Positions 18,997 to 28,722 of a stretch of DNA of 64,000 bases are shown in pieces; the first letter of the stretch is position 1, and every line of letters begins with the position of its first letter. The stretch is from Patescibacteria group bacterium. Lineage in GTDB: Bacteria > Patescibacteriota > WWE3 > UBA101185 > UBA10185. A model generated the notes under the pieces. The model had not been told where the DNA came from and did no database searches. It worked only from the letters and a program-made list of their open reading frames with translations. The stretch lies in contig JBMORU010000001.1 of assembly GCA_049322215.1 (NCBI GenBank), forward strand, positions 388,023-452,022, in the 5' to 3' direction. A program made the position numbers and the translations under genes.

Positions 18997-19787
18997 GTTT
19001 AGAAAACGAGATTTTAAAAGCACAGCAGTCAAAAAAGTATTCTCACATTTCAGAAACAACCATTAAAAATATATTTGAAACTGAATTTCAAAATATAAAA
19101 AACGAAAAACGTGCGTTAGAAAGTGCAAAGAAAAAATTACACAGAGTGGTTGCCGAGTACTTAGGGGATCTTAATTATGATCAAGCTTTTTTAGAGTTGA
19201 AAACCGCTTATGAAACAAAAAAAGTGGAAGAAATCAAAAATGTGTGCATACAGCTTATGAACGCACATTTCACAACACGAGAGCGGTTACCTATTTTAGA
19301 AGATTTTTACAAAAAAATTTTCGAAACTACCGGAGAGGTTAATTCTATTTTAGACTTAGCCTGCGGAATTAATCCTCTTGCTTTGCCTTGGATGCCTCAG
19401 GTTAAACATTACCATGCTTACGATATAAATATACCTCGAGTTGATTTTATAAATAAGTTTTTAAACTTAAACGAACTGCCTGAAGATGCACAGGCTAAAG
19501 ATGTTTTAGCGAATATTCCATCTGAGCAAGGCGATGTGGCATTACTACTAAAAGAAATACACAGAATGTTTGAACGAAACAAGGCACTAACAATAAAGCT
19601 TTTAGAGGAAGTGCAAGTTAAATGGTTAGTAGTTTCTATACCTGTTTCTAATATGAGAAAAGAATGGGCAATGCCCAAAAAGTATGAAGCTGCCGTTTTA
19701 GCTGTAATTGAAGAGCACAAATGGCCTTATTTTGTTTTAGAATTTGATACAGAAAAGGTATTTTTGATTAATAAAGAAGTGTATTAA
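18993..19787 (+). CDS. 16S rRNA m7G1405 methyltransferase, ArmA/Rmt/Sgm (FmrO) family homolog
   Basis: SKKY, KKKLH, HFTTRERL, ILDLACGINPLA, AYDI, GDVALLLK; ATGA overlap with tgt. Confidence 0.85.
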   Translation: MSLENEILKAQQSKKYSHISETTIKNIFETEFQNIKNEKRALESAKKKLHRVVAEYLGDLNYDQAFLELKTAYETKKVEEIKNVCIQLMNAHFTTRERLPILEDFYKKIFETTGEVNSILDLACGINPLALPWMPQVKHYHAYDINIPRVDFINKFLNLNELPEDAQAKDVLANIPSEQGDVALLLKEIHRMFERNKALTIKLLEEVQVKWLVVSIPVSNMRKEWAMPKKYEAAVLAVIEEHKWPYFVLEFDTEKVFLINKEVY

Positions 19788-19869
19788 CAATGTCGTTAAC
19801 CTATAGTATAATTAGAGAGTATCACAATATAATTTAATCAGTTCACAATTCATAAGGAGTAGATAGATC

Positions 19870-20406
19870 ATGAATCAGCCAATGTATATGCGTATGGCCT
19901 ACATTTTGGACGAAAACGGCGATACCTGTGGGTTTGTTAAACATGCACACAGTAGCGCATCCATTTGCCGTTTGGATTTTTCCTGGGTAAACTCGATGAC
20001 GCAAGATTTGTACAAGGCTTTGGTTGCGGTATATGGAATCTACTATCATGACAATGAGGCTATGACTCAAGGTCATGTTGTAATCCCGCTTTTTGATGGG
20101 GAGATCCGCAACAAAAAAGGCTTTGTTATTTCCCAGGCAAATGCGATTCGACGTCGTTTAGAAGCATCTGCAATGGATGAAGTGGTTCGTCGTGCTATGA
20201 CTGCATTATGCTTTACAGAGGACAGAACTGCTGTTTTGACCTCTATCGGACGTTTGTTGCAGACTTTGCACAAAAACCCTGCAGCTTTCGCCCAGGCCAT
20301 AGAAGAAGTTGACAGTACTGTACCTGAAGATTTTGCCCTGCTCGTCGGCGCCCTTTCGTACCCTGATATGGCACATGTTGTTGGAGCAAAAATTACCTCC
20401 ATTTAG
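19870..20406 (+). CDS. Hypothetical protein (orphan unit 5)
   Basis: TTAACA-17-TATAAT (19784-19812), AAGGAG 19854-19859, hairpin plus T-run 20416-20472. Confidence 0.72.
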   Translation: MNQPMYMRMAYILDENGDTCGFVKHAHSSASICRLDFSWVNSMTQDLYKALVAVYGIYYHDNEAMTQGHVVIPLFDGEIRNKKGFVISQANAIRRRLEASAMDEVVRRAMTALCFTEDRTAVLTSIGRLLQTLHKNPAAFAQAIEEVDSTVPEDFALLVGALSYPDMAHVVGAKITSI

Positions 20407-20415
20407 TGCTCAATT

Positions 20416-20472
20416 GGTCCTTGATACTTGTTTGTCTAAAAAACTTTACAAGTATCTTGGGCCTTTTTTTTT
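20416..20472 (+). terminator. Intrinsic terminator, long interrupted stem
   Basis: ggtcc-tt-gatacttgt...acaagtatc-tt-gggcc then T9. Confidence 0.75.
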
Positions 20473-20473
20473 C

Positions 20474-21406
20474 CTATAAATTCTCGAGTATTGTTTTGGC
20501 TTGTTTCTTGCGGTTTGTTAGTATTCCGTCAGGATCTGGTGTATTTATAACCGCACTGGCGTAAACTTCTGCAAGCAAGGGTTTGTTGCTTTTTGCATAA
20601 ACTGCTGCAAAGCCTAGCATTACTCCGCTATTCCAGACTCTAAGTTTTAAATTACCTTGATCTTTATTGCTCATTTCTTCTTCGTAACCAGCAAATAAAG
20701 CTTGTTGTGCTTCTTGCAACGTCTTTAATGCTTTTTCGTATTCCTTAAGCAAAATCAAAGATTTAGCTTTGTTTCCTAATGGCCATGCTTTATGCGCCTT
20801 TGATCCTGGGAAATTTTTTAACGCGTCATCAAAAAGTTTAATAGATTCTTTAAGTTTGTTTTGTTCTTCAGTACCTTTAAATAGCAGTGCCTCGTCAGCA
20901 ATTAAACTTCCCAAATGCACTTTTTGTATTGCTAACGTTCCTGGCTTTATACTTTTGTCTTTTTTACCTAGTTCAAGAGCTTCTTGTGTAGCTTCCTGTG
21001 CTTGATTCATGTGTTCTTTCTTTTTTTGTGCATTGTTAGTTTTTTCTGCCATAGAAACTAGTGTAATTTTTATATGTCCTAAGACATCCATTACATCTTT
21101 TGTTTCGTTTTTAGCTTTTTCCCATTTGTATACTTGTTCAAACATTTCTAGTGCTAATGAGTGCTTTCCTGACTCACGCAATTCAACTGCGGCTTTTTTA
21201 TACTCATCTTTAGCTTTTTTCCCTGACTTTAGGTCTAGTGTTTTGTTTAAACCTTTATTCTTTAAATCGTTAATAATATAACGAGCTCTCTGTGGCGAAA
21301 TGTTATATTTCAAAGCTAGCTTATTAAAAGAAATATCGGTATTGATGTATTCTTCATACATTTTTTTATTTCTTTCTACTTTATAGTCACTTCTAAAGTT
21401 TTCCAT
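20474..21406 (-). CDS. HTH plus TPR-like helical repeat protein (putative regulator)
   Basis: ISFNKLALKYNISPQRARYII HTH followed by TPR-like amphipathic helices. Confidence 0.55.
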   Translation of the reverse strand: MENFRSDYKVERNKKMYEEYINTDISFNKLALKYNISPQRARYIINDLKNKGLNKTLDLKSGKKAKDEYKKAAVELRESGKHSLALEMFEQVYKWEKAKNETKDVMDVLGHIKITLVSMAEKTNNAQKKKEHMNQAQEATQEALELGKKDKSIKPGTLAIQKVHLGSLIADEALLFKGTEEQNKLKESIKLFDDALKNFPGSKAHKAWPLGNKAKSLILLKEYEKALKTLQEAQQALFAGYEEEMSNKDQGNLKLRVWNSGVMLGFAAVYAKSNKPLLAEVYASAVINTPDPDGILTNRKKQAKTILENL

Positions 21407-21497
21407 GGTTATTCCTATAAATTAATAGATGTCAGCAGTTTATGTTAATACTTATTAGCTGTCAACTACAGATAATTTATTTGCTTACTGCTAACCT

Positions 21498-21526
21498 TTG
21501 ACAATTTTTTACTGTAACCGTAGACT
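21498..21526 (+). promoter_or_regulatory. Sigma70-type promoter, probably leaderless, of the acd-ndh-OFOR operon
   Basis: TTGACA-17-TAGACT, 7 nt before ATG 21534. Confidence 0.7.
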
Positions 21527-21533
21527 AAAATCA

Positions 21534-23696
21534 ATGTTGCCTGCTGCCTCTGAGAATTTGAATAAACTTTTCAGCCCAAAGTCTATTGCTGTAATAGGTG
21601 CTTCTCGTAACAAAAGGAAACTTGGCTATATAACAGTAAGAAATATAATTGATGCGGGCTTTGAAGGTACCGTTTATCCTGTAAATCCTAAGGCGGATAA
21701 AATCTTAAATTTGCCATGCTATAAATCTGTTAAAGATTTACCTGAAATTCCTGATCTGGCAGTAATTTCTCTTCCAGCTGAGTTAGTTTTAGAAACTCTT
21801 AAAGAGCTCAATGAAAAAAAAGCTAAAAATGTGGTTGTTTATTCTGCCGGTTTCAAAGAAGTAGGTAGTGATGGAAGCAAGCTAGAAAAAGAGGTTATTA
21901 GGTTTGCAAAAAATAATTCCATAAACTTACTAGGCCCCAATTGTTTAGGTTTTGCAAATACTATAGATAAGATCAACGTTACATTTGGTAAAGTAGTTAA
22001 AACTCCGGGAAACTTAAAACTAATTTCTCAATCTGGTGCAATTGCTGCAAGCTTGTTTGACTGGTTTGAGCATGCTGGTATTGGCTTTAGTGATTTTGTA
22101 ACCTTAGGAAACAAGGCAACCATAAATGAAAATACAATTTTAAGTTACTGGTTAGATTATAAGCATGTGGACAAACATCTTGATAATTCGGTAATTTTTT
22201 CAAAATATCAGCCTATTGGCTTATATTTAGAGTCTATAGTTGATGGTCAAAAATTTTTAGATCTAGCTAGTCAAATAACTCCATATAATCCCATGTTTAT
22301 TTTAAAGCCTGGAAAATCTGCGTCAGCAAAAAAAGCTATGCAATCTCACACAGGGGCAATTGCGGGCGAAGATACTGTTTTAAATGTGGCTCTAGAGCAT
22401 GCAGGTATTATTCGTTGTTTTGGTATGGAGGACATGTTTGATTTAGCGCGCTCTTTCGCCTGGATGGAAGCACCTTCAGGATCAAACGTTGCTATAGTTT
22501 CTAATGCAGGAGGTCCTGCAGTAATAAGTGCAGATTTGGTTTCAGAGGCGGGACTAAATTTAATTCAATTAAGTGAAGAAACTAAAAAAACGTTAGAAAC
22601 GCACTTGCCCCGCGCAGCAAGTTTGCTTAATCCTGTAGATGTTTTAGGGGATGCCCTGGCCGATAGGTACAAGTATGCCCTGGAGGCGGTGTTAAGTGAA
22701 AATGATGTTAATGCTGTAATTGTACTACTCACACCACAGATTATGACTGAAATACAGGAAACTGCGGAGGTAATTGGGGACTTAGCAGGAAAATACCAAA
22801 AACCCATATTATGTGCTTTTATTGGTGGAACTGATGTACAAAAGGGAATAGAGGTGCTGAATACGTTTAGAATTCCTTCTTTTCATTTTCCTGAGCGCGC
22901 TGTACGTACCTTAGCCAAAATGTGGTGGTGGCAAAATTGGACAAACACGCATGCTGAAGACGTGGGAAGTTTTATAAAACCCCAGCCAAATGAGTATGTG
23001 TCAAAAGCTACAGAAAGTGTTTTAACAAAGGCGATTGAAAGAAACAGAAAAGTATTAAATAGCTTTGAGGCAAATGACATTTTAAATATTGTTGATATAA
23101 ACACTCCCCCTACGCGCGAAGTGAAAACTTTAGAAGACGCTAAGGATTTTGTAAGTGCTGAAGGGTATCCTGTTGTTTTAAAGCTATCGTCCCCCTTAAT
23201 TTTGCATAAAAAAGACATAGGTGGAGTAATAACTAACATAAATGATGAAAATGCTTTGGTAGAAAATTTTAGTGCAATAAATTCTACTTTAAATTCTTTA
23301 GCTAAAGAGTTTAAGCAAAACACGAGAGTACAAATTCAAAAACAAGTAGCTGCGGGTATAGAAGTAATTGCAGGAATTAAAAAAGATTCTAGCTTTGGCC
23401 ATGTTTTAATGTTTGGTGCTGGAGGTACTCTTGCCGAACTAATTGAAGATAGAAACTTATGCTTAATTCCGGTTTCAAATGTTGCTGCTCAACGTTTAGT
23501 AGCGCAGTCTAAAATTGGAAAAATGTTAGAAGGTTATAGAGGTGATAAACCATACAATTTAGAGGGGCTTTATTCACTTTTAGAAAAATTATCTAACTTA
23601 GCTGTGTCTGTTCCTGATTTGCAGGAATTTGAAATTAATCCCATTATTATTACTCATGAAAACATTTGGGCTGTAGATGGAAAGGGTGTTCTTTGA
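21534..23696 (+). CDS. Acetate--CoA ligase (ADP-forming), fused alpha/beta
   Basis: PKSIAVIGAS, GPNCLG, SQSG, SHTGAIAG phospho-His, NAGG, NPVD, C-terminal ATP-grasp. Confidence 0.93.
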   Translation: MLPAASENLNKLFSPKSIAVIGASRNKRKLGYITVRNIIDAGFEGTVYPVNPKADKILNLPCYKSVKDLPEIPDLAVISLPAELVLETLKELNEKKAKNVVVYSAGFKEVGSDGSKLEKEVIRFAKNNSINLLGPNCLGFANTIDKINVTFGKVVKTPGNLKLISQSGAIAASLFDWFEHAGIGFSDFVTLGNKATINENTILSYWLDYKHVDKHLDNSVIFSKYQPIGLYLESIVDGQKFLDLASQITPYNPMFILKPGKSASAKKAMQSHTGAIAGEDTVLNVALEHAGIIRCFGMEDMFDLARSFAWMEAPSGSNVAIVSNAGGPAVISADLVSEAGLNLIQLSEETKKTLETHLPRAASLLNPVDVLGDALADRYKYALEAVLSENDVNAVIVLLTPQIMTEIQETAEVIGDLAGKYQKPILCAFIGGTDVQKGIEVLNTFRIPSFHFPERAVRTLAKMWWWQNWTNTHAEDVGSFIKPQPNEYVSKATESVLTKAIERNRKVLNSFEANDILNIVDINTPPTREVKTLEDAKDFVSAEGYPVVLKLSSPLILHKKDIGGVITNINDENALVENFSAINSTLNSLAKEFKQNTRVQIQKQVAAGIEVIAGIKKDSSFGHVLMFGAGGTLAELIEDRNLCLIPVSNVAAQRLVAQSKIGKMLEGYRGDKPYNLEGLYSLLEKLSNLAVSVPDLQEFEINPIIITHENIWAVDGKGVL

Positions 23697-24910
23697 ACAC
23701 AAAGAAAGTAATCATTGTAGGTGGTGGCTTTGGCGGAATTAAGTGTGCTTTAGATTTATCTTCTAAACATTTGTCTAATACTAAAATAATATTAATAAGC
23801 GACAAAAGCCACTTTGAATATCATGCCGCACTATATAGAGTAGTCGCAGGAAGTTCTCCATTAGAAGTTTGTATTCCCCTAAACGACATATTTAAGGGTA
23901 AAAATGTAGAAGTTATTACAGATAAAGTTTTGAGCATAGATTTAGAAAAAAATACTATGTGTGGCCAATCGGATTGCACATATTCTTATGATTATTTAGT
24001 TTTAGCTTTAGGTAGCGAGACTGCTTATTTTGATATCCCAGGACTGCAAGAAAACTCATTTGGAATGAAATCTATTAATGAAGCGCTACGTTTGAATAAG
24101 CATTTACATAATGTGTTTTCAGAATGCGCTTTAAATATAGAAACGGGAGACACTGAGTGTGCGACACACATTGTAGTTGTAGGTGGGGGCGCTACAGGCA
24201 CCGAGTTAGCGGCAGAACTTGCTATTTACACAAGAGAATTAGCTCAAAAGCATGGTTTAGACCCAAGATTAGTTACTATTGATTTAATTGAACTATCTTC
24301 TCATTTGGTGTCTTTATTGCCTGAAGACGCTTCGTTAAAAATTGAAGAACGTATGAGGTCGCTAGGGGTAAATATATTTCTTAACCGCGGTGTAGTAAAA
24401 GAAGAAGTAGAAAAAGTTTATTTAAAAGATATTGAAATGCGTTCTAAAACGGTTATATGGACAGCCGGAACCCGTGCTAACCGATTGTACAAGGATGTTG
24501 GTTTAGAGGTAAATAAAAAGGGGCAGGTTTCTGTAACAAATCATTTACAAGCTGTAGGGCATAATAATGTATTTGTTATTGGAGACGGCGCTGCTACAAA
24601 TTACTCTGGTATGGCACAAACAGCCTTGTTTGATGGCGAATACGTTGCTGATGTCATATATGCGTTGTTTCAGCAAAAAGAGCCAAAAGAGTATTCTGCG
24701 CCCCCTCCGTTTTATTCTATACCCGTAGGTCGTGACTGGGCAGCTTATGTAAACGGCAGTAAACGTTATTACGGTAAAGTTGGTTGGTGGTTACGTAGGT
24801 GGGTGGATTTTCATGTATTTAGCACTATTCTTCCATTTGAAAAGGCTGTAGTAGCATTTCAAGATGGTAGAACAATTAGTGAAACGTGTGATATATGCAG
24901 TAAAAACTAA
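23693..24910 (+). CDS. ndh: Type II NADH dehydrogenase-like FAD oxidoreductase
   Basis: VIIVGGGFGG, YDYLVLALGS, VVVGGGATGTELAAEL, VFVIGD; TTG start overlaps the acd stop. Confidence 0.8.
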   Translation: MNTKKVIIVGGGFGGIKCALDLSSKHLSNTKIILISDKSHFEYHAALYRVVAGSSPLEVCIPLNDIFKGKNVEVITDKVLSIDLEKNTMCGQSDCTYSYDYLVLALGSETAYFDIPGLQENSFGMKSINEALRLNKHLHNVFSECALNIETGDTECATHIVVVGGGATGTELAAELAIYTRELAQKHGLDPRLVTIDLIELSSHLVSLLPEDASLKIEERMRSLGVNIFLNRGVVKEEVEKVYLKDIEMRSKTVIWTAGTRANRLYKDVGLEVNKKGQVSVTNHLQAVGHNNVFVIGDGAATNYSGMAQTALFDGEYVADVIYALFQQKEPKEYSAPPPFYSIPVGRDWAAYVNGSKRYYGKVGWWLRRWVDFHVFSTILPFEKAVVAFQDGRTISETCDICSKN

Positions 24911-24964
24911 GTGTTTTGGTTGTCATTACTTTTTTTTGTTTAATATTTCCTTTACAATAAATTA

Positions 24965-26683
24965 ATGTTAACTGCCTCAAAAAACCCCTTTACAATAAAA
25001 ATAGGAGGCGAAGCCGGTTTTGGTGTTATGTCTGCCGGATTGGTTATTTCGAAAGTTGCAACACGTTCTGGATATTATACTTTTGACTATACAGAATACC
25101 CGTCTTTAATTCGTGGTGGTCATAATGTTATGCAGGTTTCTATATCTGCCGAGCCTGTATCCTCTCAGTTTTACTCTACCGAATTTTTAATAGCCTTAAA
25201 TCAAGAAACAATAAATTTACATAAACATGAACTTCACGAAAGTTCTATAGTTTTGTATGATCCTGAAAATAAAATCGAATGCAGTGATTTACCAGACTCT
25301 GTAATTAAAGTAGAGGTTCCTTTACTACAGATTGTGCGTGATGTAGAAGGAACTTTTGTTATGCGCAACACTATTGCAGTAGGAGCAGCTCTTGCCTTAC
25401 TAGGCGGTAACAAACAACATTTACTTGATTTAGTAGAAGAGCAATTTGGGCATAAAAACGAAGCTATTCTTCAAAAAAACCTATTAGCCTGCGAAAAAGC
25501 ATTTAAATACATTGAGACTAATTATGCAGACAAAATTCATGAGATCTTAAAGCAAAAAAGCAAAGTAACTAAGCAAATTGTAGTTACAGGCAATGAAGCA
25601 ATAGGCTTAGGAGCTATTGCAGGTGGAATGACCTTTGCTGCAATTTATCCTATGACACCAACTTCTAATATTTTACATACAATTGCGCCTTACCAAGAAA
25701 AGTACGGCTATATTTATAAACAGCCTGAAGATGAATTATCTGCAGTAAATATGGCAATAGGTGCGAGTTTGGGAGGTGCACGCGCCATGGTTGCTACCTC
25801 TGGGGGCGGTTTTTGTTTAATGGCCGAAGGATATGGCTTAGCGGGCTTAACCGAGACTCCTTTAGTAATTATTGAGGGTATGCGTGGGGCACCTGCAACA
25901 GGGCTTCCAACTTGGACTGAGCAAGGAGACCTTAGATTTGTTTTGCATGCCCATCAAGGGGATTTCCCTAGAATAGTTTTAGCTGCTGGGGATGTGGAAG
26001 AATGTTTTAATTTATCTATGCAAGCCTTTAATTTAGCAGACAGGTATCAAACTCCGGTTGTTCTTTTAGTAGATAAACATGTTTTAGAAAGCCATCAAAG
26101 TGTTGAACCTTTTGACAGTTCGCATTTTGAAGTTGATCGCGGGCGCTTTACTACTAAGGAAGAAAACGATTATGCGCGTTATCGAGACGCTGAAGATGGT
26201 ATTTCTTTAAGAACAGTGCCAGGGGTGGGGAATCATTTTGTTGCAAATTCCGATGAACATGATCAGTTTGGTTATTCTAATGAAGAAATTGACAATAGAA
26301 ACACTCAAATGAGAAAGCGCATGAAAAAGCTTGAAACCTGTGCTCAAAAAGATATGAAACCCCCCACTTTGTTTGGTCCTGAAGACGCTGAAGTAACCAT
26401 AGTATCTTGGGGAAGTAACAAAGGTGCAATATTAGAAGCATTAAAGTATCTGCCTAATACTAACTTTTTGCATATAACATGGCTAAATCCTTTTCCTACT
26501 GAGGAAATAAAACAAGTTTTGCTAAATGCAAAATATTTAATCAATATAGAATGTAACTATTCAGCTCAATTAAGAGGGTTAATTGCAGAAAAAACTGGTG
26601 TGACCATTTTAGACATTTTTCTAAAATATGACGGTAGACCTTTTTATCCGCATGAAATTATAGAAAAGGTTAAAAGTATATGA
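24965..26683 (+). CDS. 2-oxoacid:ferredoxin oxidoreductase alpha subunit (gamma-alpha fusion)
   Basis: GGEAGFG, YPSLIRGGH, YPMTPTS, EDELSA, ATSGGG, TGLPTWTEQGD. Confidence 0.95.
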   Translation: MLTASKNPFTIKIGGEAGFGVMSAGLVISKVATRSGYYTFDYTEYPSLIRGGHNVMQVSISAEPVSSQFYSTEFLIALNQETINLHKHELHESSIVLYDPENKIECSDLPDSVIKVEVPLLQIVRDVEGTFVMRNTIAVGAALALLGGNKQHLLDLVEEQFGHKNEAILQKNLLACEKAFKYIETNYADKIHEILKQKSKVTKQIVVTGNEAIGLGAIAGGMTFAAIYPMTPTSNILHTIAPYQEKYGYIYKQPEDELSAVNMAIGASLGGARAMVATSGGGFCLMAEGYGLAGLTETPLVIIEGMRGAPATGLPTWTEQGDLRFVLHAHQGDFPRIVLAAGDVEECFNLSMQAFNLADRYQTPVVLLVDKHVLESHQSVEPFDSSHFEVDRGRFTTKEENDYARYRDAEDGISLRTVPGVGNHFVANSDEHDQFGYSNEEIDNRNTQMRKRMKKLETCAQKDMKPPTLFGPEDAEVTIVSWGSNKGAILEALKYLPNTNFLHITWLNPFPTEEIKQVLLNAKYLINIECNYSAQLRGLIAEKTGVTILDIFLKYDGRPFYPHEIIEKVKSI

Positions 26684-27546
26684 ATAACGAGGAAAATAAA
26701 AAAAACTTAAAAACACCTAACAAGCCTAATTGGTGCCCGGGATGTGGCGATTTAGCTATTTGGACCGCTTTTAAAAATGCTGCAGCTGAAAAAGACTGGA
26801 ATAACCACAACACTGCCTTTGTAGCAGGTGTTGGATGCCATGGGCATATGGTTAATTTTGTACGTTTAACCGCTTTAGAAGGTTTACATGGTCGTGCTTT
26901 ACCTGTTGCAAGTGGACTGAAAATGGCAAATTCTGATTTAAATGTTTTTGTTTTTTCAGGTGATGGTGACGGTTTGGCCGAAGGGGGAAATCATTTTTTA
27001 CACACCGCACGTAGAAATCATGACTTAACTATGCTTTTACATGATAATGCCGTATATGGTTTAACAACCGGACAAACTTCTCCAAGGTCACCAAAAGGCT
27101 ATATTTCAAAGTCTACACCTGATGGCTCTTTTGAAGAGCCTTTGCACCCTTTAACTTTAGCTATTGCCGTTGGGGCTAGTTTTGTTGCACGTGCTTATTC
27201 GGGGGATATAGAATATTTAACCAAGCTAATCATTGAAGCAAATGAGCATAAAGGATTTGCTTTAATTGATATTCTTCAACCTTGTGTAACCTTTAACAAA
27301 ATGTATTCTCATATTTTTTATCAAAGAAACACCTACTATTTAGATGAAAATTACGATTTTACAAATAAAATGGCAGCTTTAGAAAAATCTATGGAATGGG
27401 AAGAAAACAGAATTCCCTTAGGAGTGTTTTACAAAGTAGATGCGCCATCTTACGAGTCACAAATTCCACAAATTAAAGATACTGCTTTAGTAAAGCAGAA
27501 TATGAGTAAAAGAGATATTTCGGAATTGCTTGAAAAGTTAAGTTAG
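26680..27546 (+). CDS. 2-oxoacid:ferredoxin oxidoreductase beta subunit
   Basis: WCPGCG, LHGRALP, GDGD TPP motif, YGLTTGQTSP, QPCVTFN. Confidence 0.95.
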   Translation: MNNEENKKNLKTPNKPNWCPGCGDLAIWTAFKNAAAEKDWNNHNTAFVAGVGCHGHMVNFVRLTALEGLHGRALPVASGLKMANSDLNVFVFSGDGDGLAEGGNHFLHTARRNHDLTMLLHDNAVYGLTTGQTSPRSPKGYISKSTPDGSFEEPLHPLTLAIAVGASFVARAYSGDIEYLTKLIIEANEHKGFALIDILQPCVTFNKMYSHIFYQRNTYYLDENYDFTNKMAALEKSMEWEENRIPLGVFYKVDAPSYESQIPQIKDTALVKQNMSKRDISELLEKLS

Positions 27547-28004
27547 TTAGAAATTTCTTCTGCTAAAACTGTAGCCCATGCTGCAGCTTTTGCTTCATTG
27601 TTTGTTTGGTCAAAATAATACCCATCAATTTTTAAAGATGGAACAATCTGTACGCAATTAGCCTTTTTAAAGAAATCTTCAAGAATATCTACAGCACCAC
27701 AAAAATGTAAGTAAGAAGTATCCCCACACCCAAAGAAGGCTACTTTTTTTTCGTTAAGCTTTACCTTTTTTAAGGAATCTAAGAATTCTGAAATTGTTTC
27801 ATGTGGTTGACCTTCTGCATCGTTTACCTTCCAGCTTGGAGATCCAACTAGAATTAAGTCGAAACTGTTTATATTTTGCACATTTACATCGACTGCTTTT
27901 AAGCATGTTATGTCAAAGTTAGCAGTCTTAAGTTCGTTTTCAATTATTTTGCTTGTGAGATAAGTGCTTCCTGAATTTGAAGCATAAACAATGAGCAGTT
28001 TCAT
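27543..28004 (-). CDS. Flavodoxin
   Basis: IVYASNSGST, GSPSW, FFGCGDTSYLHFCGAVD. Confidence 0.93.
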   Translation of the reverse strand: MKLLIVYASNSGSTYLTSKIIENELKTANFDITCLKAVDVNVQNINSFDLILVGSPSWKVNDAEGQPHETISEFLDSLKKVKLNEKKVAFFGCGDTSYLHFCGAVDILEDFFKKANCVQIVPSLKIDGYYFDQTNNEAKAAAWATVLAEEISN

Positions 28005-28051
28005 ATATACAGTATAAAGGTAATAAGTTTATATTAAAACTTTTAAGTAGA

Positions 28052-28092
28052 AAAAGGGCTACCAAAAAATGAAAAACAATTTTTTGGTAGCC
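28052..28092 (-). terminator. Intrinsic terminator (14-bp perfect stem)
   Basis: ggctaccaaaaaat / attttttggtagcc; T-run follows on the minus strand. Confidence 0.8.
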
Positions 28093-28184
28093 TTGATGTT
28101 TCTAAAGCTTTCTATGTTGCTGTTGCTTGTGACGGCACGTTAGCTGCTTAAAAAAACTTTAAAAACACCACATAGCGACAGGTA

Positions 28185-28556
28185 CTAAACTTGCACGGGC
28201 TGGAGATCGGTGACCCTGATTGCGGTGCGGCCGTTTGCAGAAATTTCCATTGTTGCTTTCGCATAGGCAAAGTCACGGCCATTCATCCATGCGGGTTCTT
28301 TGCTCGGGGTTTCTACCACAACGGGGGAAAGAGGCCCACCATCACCGCGTTTGCGTCGTTGCGTCCATGGAATGTGGATACCATAGTCACGCATGGGGCA
28401 TAAGCGCAGCACGATGGCTTCTTTGTCCTTTTGACGCGTCAGGGTTACAACACCCGTAACTCCTGCAAGCGCTGCTCCATGAGTCACACCAGCCTGGGTC
28501 AAAACTTCGTCCTTCATTTCACTTTTCTGCGAGCTGTGATCAGTAATTACTCTCAT
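28185..28556 (-). CDS. Hypothetical protein, visibly GC-richer than its surroundings (orphan unit 6)
   Basis: TTGCAT-18-TATACT promoter, AAGGAGA (plus 28562-28568), terminator 28052-28092. Confidence 0.68.
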   Translation of the reverse strand: MRVITDHSSQKSEMKDEVLTQAGVTHGAALAGVTGVVTLTRQKDKEAIVLRLCPMRDYGIHIPWTQRRKRGDGGPLSPVVVETPSKEPAWMNGRDFAYAKATMEISANGRTAIRVTDLQPVQV

Positions 28557-28722
28557 TTTTGTCTCCTTATCGGTTGTTTACTTCAAATCTTCGATCGAAT
28601 ATTTGCCGTCACTATAGTGGGAAGTATACTATACTTAGGGAAAATTATGCAACTAGGGTAAGTACAATAATAGTTATTGTGTGGTATGCTAAAAAAATGA
28701 TATTTATTACTTATCTGCCTAT

